Shown piece by piece: positions 57,070 through 64,000 of a DNA stretch of 64,000 bases (positions are counted from its first letter, which is position 1; each line of letters starts with the position of its first letter). A program made the translations under genes and the position numbers. The notes beneath the pieces were generated by a model that worked only from the letters and a program-made list of their open reading frames with translations, searched no databases and was not told where the DNA came from. Where the stretch lies: assembly GCA_046485185.1 (NCBI GenBank), contig JAWOHL010000089.1, forward strand, positions 3,553 through 67,552, read 5' to 3'. The DNA comes from Candidatus Fermentibacteraceae bacterium. GTDB taxonomy: Bacteria > Fermentibacterota > Fermentibacteria > Fermentibacterales > JCC-6.

Positions 57070-57932
57070 GCGAAGGGCTGAAGATAGGGCTGGCACTCGG
57101 TGGCGGCGGTGCCAGGGGGCTTGCCCACATCCCCATGCTGCAGGTGCTGGACGAACTGGGGATAAGGCCGCACCGCATCGCGGGCACCAGCATAGGGGCC
57201 GTAATTGGCGCCATCTACGCTTCAGGTGTGACGGGTATGGCCATCCGCGAGGGAACCGACCGCATGCTGATAAAGGACGGAGACACCCTCAGGGACATAC
57301 TGGCAAACAGGGATGCCCTTGCATCGATCAGGCTTCTCGACATCGACTTTCTTGGCAACGCCCTTTTCAAGGGTGACGCTTTCGTCGAATTCCTTTACCG
57401 TCAGATACTGACAAAAACATTCGGGGAACTTCACATCCCCCTCAGGGTCGTCGCCACGAACTTCTGGAACTCAACACAGGAGGTTTTCAGTGAGGGTGAC
57501 CTTCTGAAGGCCATCAAAGCCAGCATGGGGCTTCCAGGGGTATTCTCCCCGGTTCACATGGACGGCATGACCCTCATCGACGGCGGGTGCGTCAACCCCC
57601 TTCCGCACGATATCCTCGGCGACTGCGACGTGGTGATTGCGGTGAACGTAATGGGGCGGCTTGAAAAAAGGGAGGGCCGGAAATCTCCCACGGCCTTCCG
57701 CGCCGTTCTGGAAACATTCAACATCATGCAGCGCAGCATAATCTCCGAGAAGCTCGCAAAATCCCCCCCGACCATCTACATCGAACCGGACATCTCCAAT
57801 GTCGACCTCCTGGAGTTCCACAAGGCCCCCGAGATCTACGCACAGGCGGAGAAAGCGGCCAGGGAGCTTAGAGACAGGCTTCTGGCCCTTCGAACCGGAC
57901 CCGGAAAAAACAAAGGGGTGAGACAGGGATGA
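57060..57932 (+). CDS. Patatin-like phospholipase (RssA/YchK type)
   Basis: GGGGARG oxyanion motif, GTSIGA nucleophile elbow, and IDGG (DG) catalytic Asp motif. Confidence 0.85.
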   Translation: MPVSEGLKIGLALGGGGARGLAHIPMLQVLDELGIRPHRIAGTSIGAVIGAIYASGVTGMAIREGTDRMLIKDGDTLRDILANRDALASIRLLDIDFLGNALFKGDAFVEFLYRQILTKTFGELHIPLRVVATNFWNSTQEVFSEGDLLKAIKASMGLPGVFSPVHMDGMTLIDGGCVNPLPHDILGDCDVVIAVNVMGRLEKREGRKSPTAFRAVLETFNIMQRSIISEKLAKSPPTIYIEPDISNVDLLEFHKAPEIYAQAEKAARELRDRLLALRTGPGKNKGVRQG

Positions 57933-58666
57933 TCCTTCTTTTCTGCATGCTCATGGCGATTGACTGCACAGCGGTTCTCTACATCGAAGGCTTCCCGCCG
58001 GAGGAGGGATCCGTTGACCTGGTCGTATTTGAATTCACAACAGTAACGCAGATCGCCCTTGCCAGAGGGTCCAAACTCATCTCCGGATACGCAGAGTTCC
58101 CGGGAACTTTCAACATCGCCAAGTCTTCGGCAACGTACGACCCTGACTCGGGCGTTCTCACGGTCTACTCACAGTACCCGTTCACGGCCAACTACTACAC
58201 TGCCGAATACAGTGTCGGCGAGGATTACGAACTCGGACCCATCAGCGGGACCTATCACGACTATTACGCCGAGGCACTGCAACGGATGGTTCTGCTCTAC
58301 AGGAACGATGACTACGATGGTGTTCTGGAAGAGGCATGGTCGGTTTTCTATCCGGGCTCCAACCCTCTGGACAGGGAAATGTGCGTGGTCCTTCTTGTAT
58401 CCGGCGTGTCAGGTGTGAGAACGCGGATAAACGCCGGAATGCCCCCCGAAGATGCCATGGAATGGCTCGAGGACCTGTACGACGCGGGGTTCAACCTGAG
58501 CGGCGAACCCCTTCATCAGGTGGCGCTTTCCGGTTACCCCGGGGAGTTGTCCATCACCCGCGACGAATACATGGCGGCCCTGGGGGAACTCGCATTGCTC
58601 CTCGGCTCGGTGGACTGCCCAGACAAGGCAGCCGAGGTCAGGGAGGCGATTGAGACCCTCCCCTGA
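57929..58666 (+). CDS. Hypothetical protein (245 aa), N-terminal hydrophobic segment
   Basis: ATGA overlap with the patatin gene. GC3-rich codon usage consistent with coding. No recognisable motif. Confidence 0.45.
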   Translation: MILLFCMLMAIDCTAVLYIEGFPPEEGSVDLVVFEFTTVTQIALARGSKLISGYAEFPGTFNIAKSSATYDPDSGVLTVYSQYPFTANYYTAEYSVGEDYELGPISGTYHDYYAEALQRMVLLYRNDDYDGVLEEAWSVFYPGSNPLDREMCVVLLVSGVSGVRTRINAGMPPEDAMEWLEDLYDAGFNLSGEPLHQVALSGYPGELSITRDEYMAALGELALLLGSVDCPDKAAEVREAIETLP

Positions 58667-58886
58667 ACCATGTGAGGGGTGGAAAGCCCTCGCATCGGCC
58701 TTCTTTGCCCTGGCCCACGGAAGCCGGGCAGAATACGATGCTCTGCCGGTCGTTCTCAGAGAGAGCCAGGTTGGAAAACTCTGCGGGCTCTACCTTGAAA
58801 ACCGGGACCCCGACCTGCTCGATCAGGCAGGCCTGATCCTCACCGGCTCGCGGGACTGGTACACCTTTCTGGGTCGGGTGTTCTAA
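58650..58886 (+). CDS. Hypothetical small protein (78 aa)
   Basis: TTG start overlapping the upstream gene by 17 nt. The codon third positions are GC-rich. No recognisable motif. Confidence 0.3.
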   Translation: MRPSPEPCEGWKALASAFFALAHGSRAEYDALPVVLRESQVGKLCGLYLENRDPDLLDQAGLILTGSRDWYTFLGRVF

Positions 58887-60277
58887 AAAACCCTCTCGCT
58901 TATCCAGCCGGTCACGGCTTCGGGAAAACCCTCGATGAACGCCGGTTCGAGGGTGGCGTACTCTTCGACCGCTCCCGTAACCGATTGCTGGAACAGATGG
59001 TTGGCATCATCGAACACCACGGTCTCGTGGTCGGGGTTGTCCTCGAGAGCGCTTTCCATGTGTGGAAGGTTGAGATCCCTGGGAACCTGAATGTCCTTCC
59101 CGCCGCTGAGGACCAGGACAGGGCATGTTACTGACCTGATGTTGATCGCAGGATCGTTGACCAGGAAGCTTTCGAACCACTCCGATGTCACCTGAGCAAG
59201 GGCCTGATCCACCATCATGCGGATCTGTCCCTCCACATCGCCCATCATCGCAAGCTCTTCTTCGGTGAGCCCGGCAAACTCCGACCGGAACTGCCTGTCG
59301 AGTATCGACTCGAGTTCGGTGCTGTCCGCTCCGGCAAGAACGGCATCCATTATCCCGGTCTGCACGGCCTGCCTGCGGACAATCTCCTCTTCCGGAAACC
59401 CCTGTGTACGAAGTATCGCCGCCTGCTGGGCAAGGATGGTCGTGTACCCGTCAAGCGCGGGGCCGGCCATGCTTACAACGAAAGCAATGTCGGAAGGACG
59501 CCCGGCCGCCAGCGCGAAAGCGGTGCTGGAACCCTCACTGTGGCCGAGGACACCGATGCGGGACGGATCTATCCGCCCGTCCTGCCGAAGGAAGTCCAGC
59601 ATCAGGTTTGCCTCGTAGAGCAGCACCGAGTCGTTGAACGCCTCCATACCGCCGGTGGAACCACCCACTCCCCTGTCATCGCACCGGAGGACCGCAAGCC
59701 CGGCATCGGTGAGGTGTCTGCTCAGAACGGCGAAGACCGGGAATCCCATCACGTACTCATCCCTGTCCTGCTGACCGCTGCCCGTGAGAAGAAAGACACA
59801 GGGATACGGGGGCTCTCCCTGAGGAAGGTCGAGGGTTCCGGCCAGCTCACAGTCATCCCCCCGGATAACAACCTCCTCGCCCGTGGACACGCTGAGGGGA
59901 ATGTCACGCGAAGTTCTCAGAAGAGTGTAAGAACCGGTATAGCCGGATTGAACGAAAGCTCCGCTCATGCTGTCGCCACGAACCGTTCCCAGAAAGTCGG
60001 CCCTGCCAAGCCCGGAGGGAATCGAGAAGAACACGCTGTCGCCACGAACATCGATGCCGATCAGTTCGAGCCCCCTCACGTTCTGAACGGGTATCTCGAT
60101 CTTCCCGGCAAGTGTGCTGTCCGTCTGCGAGAGTTGAACCGATATCTCCAGCGTGGTCCCGGCGACCACGAGCCCTCCATCCCAGATCCCACCGACATCG
60201 GCCTGAACCACGGGTTCGGGTTTTCCGCACGAACACACCAGCAGAGTGAAAATTCCGATGAACAGGCAACTTTTCAT
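58883..60277 (-). CDS. Alpha/beta hydrolase lipoprotein
   Basis: Lipobox LLVCSCG and GHSEGS nucleophile elbow, 464 aa. Confidence 0.7.
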   Translation of the reverse strand: MKSCLFIGIFTLLVCSCGKPEPVVQADVGGIWDGGLVVAGTTLEISVQLSQTDSTLAGKIEIPVQNVRGLELIGIDVRGDSVFFSIPSGLGRADFLGTVRGDSMSGAFVQSGYTGSYTLLRTSRDIPLSVSTGEEVVIRGDDCELAGTLDLPQGEPPYPCVFLLTGSGQQDRDEYVMGFPVFAVLSRHLTDAGLAVLRCDDRGVGGSTGGMEAFNDSVLLYEANLMLDFLRQDGRIDPSRIGVLGHSEGSSTAFALAAGRPSDIAFVVSMAGPALDGYTTILAQQAAILRTQGFPEEEIVRRQAVQTGIMDAVLAGADSTELESILDRQFRSEFAGLTEEELAMMGDVEGQIRMMVDQALAQVTSEWFESFLVNDPAINIRSVTCPVLVLSGGKDIQVPRDLNLPHMESALEDNPDHETVVFDDANHLFQQSVTGAVEEYATLEPAFIEGFPEAVTGWISERVF

Positions 60278-60279
60278 GC

Positions 60280-61599
60280 TTATCTCCCGCCATTGTTTAC
60301 AATAACTCCAATTACAAGGATGCCCAATGAAGCCCCGAGACCCATGAGGAATGCGTAGGGGTTTCCCAGAAGCTTCAGCAGGGCCGCCGTTCCCCCCCCA
60401 ATAATAACGGACAGGTTGGCCGCCAGGGGCGGAGGTGTGCGTTTAAGCAAGAGCGCGGCCAGCAGGGGCAGCGGCGCGCCGGCGCTGAAGACCGTGTAGG
60501 ACCACTGCATCACGGCCACAACGTTCCCCGCGGCAAGTGCCAGGATCGTTCCCGCCAGCGCTACCAGGGAAGCAACCAGACGGGGAGACGCCTTCAGATG
60601 GGGCATCAGGTCGGTATGAAGCACGGTCGCACCCGTGAGAAGTACGCTGTCCGCGCTGGACATTATGGCCATGAGTATGCCGAACACCGCCGCATGGTAC
60701 ATTACGGGGGGAAGAACCATCCGGAACGTCTCATCAAGGCTTCCCTCTCCGCCAAGGGCGATCACAGCAACGCAACCGGCCGCGAGAAGCTTCAAAAGCC
60801 CCGCCATGACCGACGCACGAGCCGCATCGCGCGGGGTCCTTGCCGAGAGAAGCCTTCCGTACACATCACCTCCAACAAGCCCCGGAAGGCCCATCATGAG
60901 AACCAGGCCAAAAACATCCCTGCACCCCATGCCCGGTCCTTCCGGGAACGACAGCCCACCGGGTTCGGGGTTCACGCCCCGAAGCAGCACCATGACTGCT
61001 GGAATGCCAAGGCCGAAGAGCATTAAAAGGCACAGTTGCCAGAGGTCGGTAACGATCACCGCCTTCTGGCCTCCCATCACCGTATAGGCGGAGAAGGCGC
61101 CCGCCATAGCGAATATTGCGCCGGGCTGGGAAAGCCCTGTCATCCCCTGAACGAGCGATGCGCCCGCAAGGGTCAAAAGCGCGAACCATGCAAGCTCCGC
61201 CATGAATACCAGAACCGATATGACTGTTCCGAATGTGTTCCCGTACTTCTGTCGCGCGATCCCGGCAATGGAGAACGCCCCCGTGGCGCGGACCCTGCCC
61301 GCCAGGTAAAACCCCGAGACCAGAAGAGAAAGCCCAAGAGGGATGTCGAGCCACAACCCGGAAAGGCCGTGGGTCATGATGTATGCCGCAAGGACAACGG
61401 TTGATGTCCCGCCGATGGTGGTAGCGGCAAGGCTTGCGCCGAGAAGCGGCCATCCCACCGATCTGTCCGCCAGGTAGGTGCTTTGCCTGGATGGGTTGAT
61501 CTGTCTGTTCCCTGCAGTCTGGAGAAGTATGTGCTGTAGCAAAACCCGGCAATGATAGGGAACGGGTTCCTTCAGGTCAATCTCGGTCGATTCACTCAC
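60280..61599 (-). CDS. Sodium:solute symporter (SSS) family transporter, short form
   Basis: YLADRSVGWPLLGASLAATTIGG resembles the SSS signature after TM1. About 12 TM segments. The N-terminal ~40 aa are not convincingly hydrophobic. Confidence 0.6.
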   Translation of the reverse strand: MSESTEIDLKEPVPYHCRVLLQHILLQTAGNRQINPSRQSTYLADRSVGWPLLGASLAATTIGGTSTVVLAAYIMTHGLSGLWLDIPLGLSLLVSGFYLAGRVRATGAFSIAGIARQKYGNTFGTVISVLVFMAELAWFALLTLAGASLVQGMTGLSQPGAIFAMAGAFSAYTVMGGQKAVIVTDLWQLCLLMLFGLGIPAVMVLLRGVNPEPGGLSFPEGPGMGCRDVFGLVLMMGLPGLVGGDVYGRLLSARTPRDAARASVMAGLLKLLAAGCVAVIALGGEGSLDETFRMVLPPVMYHAAVFGILMAIMSSADSVLLTGATVLHTDLMPHLKASPRLVASLVALAGTILALAAGNVVAVMQWSYTVFSAGAPLPLLAALLLKRTPPPLAANLSVIIGGGTAALLKLLGNPYAFLMGLGASLGILVIGVIVNNGGR

Positions 61600-61649
61600 C
61601 CTGGTGTATAATCACCGTAAAACACCCATCTGCTGAAACGGAGGGCCCG

Positions 61650-63044
61650 GTGGGAAAAGGTCACATCCCGGATGTCTTCTCGGTAAACCCGTGGGACGAA
61701 GAGTTTGTCGGTGCGTGGCGGGGACATACCCGCAGTGAGGTGATCGGAACGGCTGACCAGTGCGAAGCCGCCTTTAAATCATGGCGCCTTTCGACTCACG
61801 CGGAAAGGGCTTTACGGCTTGAAGCCCTTGCAAAGATCCTTGAAGGAAGACGCGCTGTGCTCGCGGAGCTGATGGCGCTGGAGATGGGAAAACCGGTGGG
61901 CCAGGGCGTCGCCGAGGCCGACAAGTGTGCCCTTGTGTGCCGCTATTACGCCGAACAAGGTGGGGCTTTCCTCAGTGACGTTCCGGTCACCACCGATGCT
62001 TGTAAGAGCTTTGTTGCCTACGAACCCCTGGGAGTCATCTACGGAATCATGCCCTGGAACTTTCCGTTCTGGCAGGTGTTCCGCTTCGCCGCGCCGGCTG
62101 TCGCAGCGGGTAACGGGGTCCTCCTCAAACACTCTCCCAATGTCACGGGCTGTGCCCTTGAGATCGCCGGGCTCTTCCGGGAGGCGGGTTTTCCCGAGGG
62201 GTTGTTCGGCATGGTGGTGGTTCCCGGGCATCGGGCCGGAAGTGTTTCCAGAACGCTCATCGGTCACCCTGCCGTAAGGGCAGTCACGCTGACAGGAAGC
62301 TCGCGTGCCGGAAGGGCTGTGGCCAGTATGGCCGGCAAGGCGCTGAAAAAGTGTGTGCTCGAACTTGGCGGAAGCGACCCCGCGGTGATCCTTGCCGACG
62401 CCGATCTGGAATCTGCAGCGAAAAGTGTTGCGTACTCCCGTCTCATCAACGCAGGTCAGAACTGCATCGCTTCCAAGCGCATGATAGTAGTGAAAACAGT
62501 CCATCGGCGATTCGTAGAGCTTCTCGAGGCCGAGATGCTGAGGGTCGTCGCGGGAAACCCCCTTGATCCCGCAACCACACTGGGCCCCATGGCACGTGAT
62601 GATCTGCGCAGCGCCGTTCACGATCAGGTCACCGGAAGCATCGCAATGGGCGCAAAACTGGTGACCGGCGGAGTTCTTCCCGGGTCGCGGGGCTTCTTCT
62701 ATCCGCCGACCGTGCTGGACGGAGTCACCCCGGGCATGCCTGCGGGGGACGAGGAAACCTTCGGACCCGTTGCGGCGGTGATGTCAGCCGGAGATGAAAC
62801 CGAAGCGCTGGAGCTGGCCGAAAAAACAACCTTCGGTCTCGGCGCCTCAGTCTACACCAGTGACACTGCGAAAGGGGAGGCTTTCGCCCGGAAGATACAT
62901 GCTGGCGCGTGTTTCGTTAATGCCTACGCAAGGTCCGACCCTCGCCTTCCCTTTGGGGGGACTGGCGGCTCGGGCTACGGCAGGGAGCTGGGACGGGAGG
63001 GCATAATGGAATTCGTGAATCAGAAGTCCGTGTGGATAGGGTAG
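61650..63044 (+). CDS. NAD(P)-dependent aldehyde dehydrogenase (succinate-semialdehyde dehydrogenase-like)
   Basis: VLELGGSDP, GQNCIASKR (catalytic Cys), and EETFGPV motifs. Confidence 0.8.
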   Translation: MGKGHIPDVFSVNPWDEEFVGAWRGHTRSEVIGTADQCEAAFKSWRLSTHAERALRLEALAKILEGRRAVLAELMALEMGKPVGQGVAEADKCALVCRYYAEQGGAFLSDVPVTTDACKSFVAYEPLGVIYGIMPWNFPFWQVFRFAAPAVAAGNGVLLKHSPNVTGCALEIAGLFREAGFPEGLFGMVVVPGHRAGSVSRTLIGHPAVRAVTLTGSSRAGRAVASMAGKALKKCVLELGGSDPAVILADADLESAAKSVAYSRLINAGQNCIASKRMIVVKTVHRRFVELLEAEMLRVVAGNPLDPATTLGPMARDDLRSAVHDQVTGSIAMGAKLVTGGVLPGSRGFFYPPTVLDGVTPGMPAGDEETFGPVAAVMSAGDETEALELAEKTTFGLGASVYTSDTAKGEAFARKIHAGACFVNAYARSDPRLPFGGTGGSGYGRELGREGIMEFVNQKSVWIG

Positions 63045-63063
63045 CGACTGGAGTGGCAAAGTT

Positions 63064-63095
63064 GATCCGGGCGGGGCATGCGCTCCGCCCGGATC
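63064..63095. terminator. Hairpin between convergent genes (possible bidirectional terminator)
   Basis: GATCCGGGCGG (63064-63074) pairs perfectly with CCGCCCGGATC (63085-63095). The loop is 10 nt and there is no clear U-tract. Confidence 0.5.
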
Positions 63096-63104
63096 GACTC
63101 GATG

Positions 63105-64000
63105 TTATTGCGGCGGTACCAGATTCACCGGTACCGTGACCGGAAGGTTTGAAGTCTGTTCGGGCGCAGGCCCGAAATTCAGACTGTTCACCGCGCTGGT
63201 TACCGTGGCCTGAAGGCTTGCAAGCGAACCGGGACAGCTCACCGAGACAGCGGTTACGGAACCGCTGGGAGTGATGGAGAAGCTGATGCTGATCCTGCCC
63301 CCCGCGCTGGGGTCGCTTCTGAGAAGGCCCTCGTACGCGGTCTGGATACGCATCTTCATCACGTTCAGCCTTTGCCTGATCTCGGACATGTTCCTGTAGC
63401 CAAGATCGATGGCTTCGCCCGAAGCGCTGGCCGTGAACGTAACCTGTGCTGCCTGGTGCACCGCCTGCATCTGGCTTGAACTGACGGTTTCGGCGCTGGA
63501 TGCGACACCGCCGCCGGAACCGATAAGGCCGGTTATACCGCCCGAGCCGCCGCCGCCGGCGCCGGCAACGAGAGCCTGACCGGAAGTGCCCGATGCAAGA
63601 CCGATACCGCTGGACGCCGCGCTCTGCAGGTCACCGATGAACCCTGCGCCGCCTCCCGCCGCCCCTGTGCCGTACGCGGCAAAACCGATACTTTGTAGAA
63701 CATCCTCGGCGGCTGAGGCTCCCGCAGCCGCACCCACAGGGCCTGAAGGCCCTTCTGTGGGAGCGCCTCCGGCAGTGCTTGCCACCTCGGTGGAAGGCAT
63801 GTCGCTGATGATCTCTTCGCCGACACCGATTTCTTCGGTCGGGGGAGGGGTTTCCGCCAGCGAGGCTACCCTTGCGCTGGGCGCCCGTCTGAGGATCTGG
63901 GTCTTGGACTCCTTCACCACCACGATCAGGCGGTCTGTCACGGCCCCGAGAAGAAGGGCGATCGCAAGGCCTATCCCGACCATGACCTTGAACTTCTGGT
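63105..64000 (-). CDS. TonB / AgmX-PglI C-terminal-domain protein with Gly/Ala-rich linker; 5' end probably beyond the window
   Basis: TM helix, low-complexity G/A/S region, and a C-terminal ...GGRISISFSITPSGSVTAVSV...NSLNFGPAP... domain. The frame stays open upstream of ATG 63983 to the window edge. Confidence 0.45.
   Translation of the reverse strand, partial: QKFKVMVGIGLAIALLLGAVTDRLIVVVKESKTQILRRAPSARVASLAETPPPTEEIGVGEEIISDMPSTEVASTAGGAPTEGPSGPVGAAAGASAAEDVLQSIGFAAYGTGAAGGGAGFIGDLQSAASSGIGLASGTSGQALVAGAGGGGSGGITGLIGSGGGVASSAETVSSSQMQAVHQAAQVTFTASASGEAIDLGYRNMSEIRQRLNVMKMRIQTAYEGLLRSDPSAGGRISISFSITPSGSVTAVSVSCPGSLASLQATVTSAVNSLNFGPAPEQTSNLPVTVPVNLVPPQ

Noticed and set aside
57060-57932. 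Patatin phospholipase as a CBASS CapV-type effector.
   Set aside because: There is no CD-NTase, SAVED or other signalling gene nearby. The gene is embedded in a housekeeping-looking envelope operon, and its sequence resembles RssA/YchK-type patatins.

Overview
GC-rich chromosomal segment: hand-counted 60-nt blocks are mostly 62-68% GC. It is densely coding, about 61 CDS, arranged in long co-directional and often translationally coupled runs. I found no rRNA, tRNA, CRISPR array, transposase, integrase or phage gene. The content suggests an anaerobic diderm bacterium. Anaerobic markers are indolepyruvate:ferredoxin oxidoreductase (iorAB), the [FeFe]-hydrogenase maturases hydG-hydF-hydE followed by a ferritin-like gene, a membrane pyrophosphatase, a NifU-like protein, and a thioredoxin / thioredoxin reductase / glutaredoxin-like cluster. 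Envelope genes include a split ADP-heptose pathway (hldA/hldC), an LptD-like protein, a SurA-like PPIase, two GT-C-fold membrane glycosyltransferases, three GT2-type enzymes, two polyprenyl-phosphate sugar transferases, a DegT aminotransferase and asnB. Housekeeping genes include groES-groEL, pdxS-pdxT, HU, a probable rpoZ, rsmB, tldD-pmbA, zupT and a HAL-family lyase. Nothing looks like a recognisable defence or mobile island, so I read the window as largely core genome. The items most worth a second look are: (1) an orphan ~508-aa protein with an unrecognised N-terminal domain fused to a PNP/nucleosidase-fold C-terminus; (2) a tightly coupled operon of DUF1028-TPR, GT-C membrane protein, patatin and two unknown proteins; (3) hydGFE coupled to a diiron ferritin-like gene, with palindromic operators upstream and no hydA in 64 kb; (4) a near-consensus sigma54 -24/-12 element, and no CIRCE, upstream of groESL; (5) a recurring TAnnGTTG element 30-70 nt upstream of several start codons; (6) a predicted leaderless promoter for a small gene in front of pdxST; (7) a 38% GC patch at the 3' end of the LptD-like gene. 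All functional calls rest on motif recognition by eye. No database search was run.
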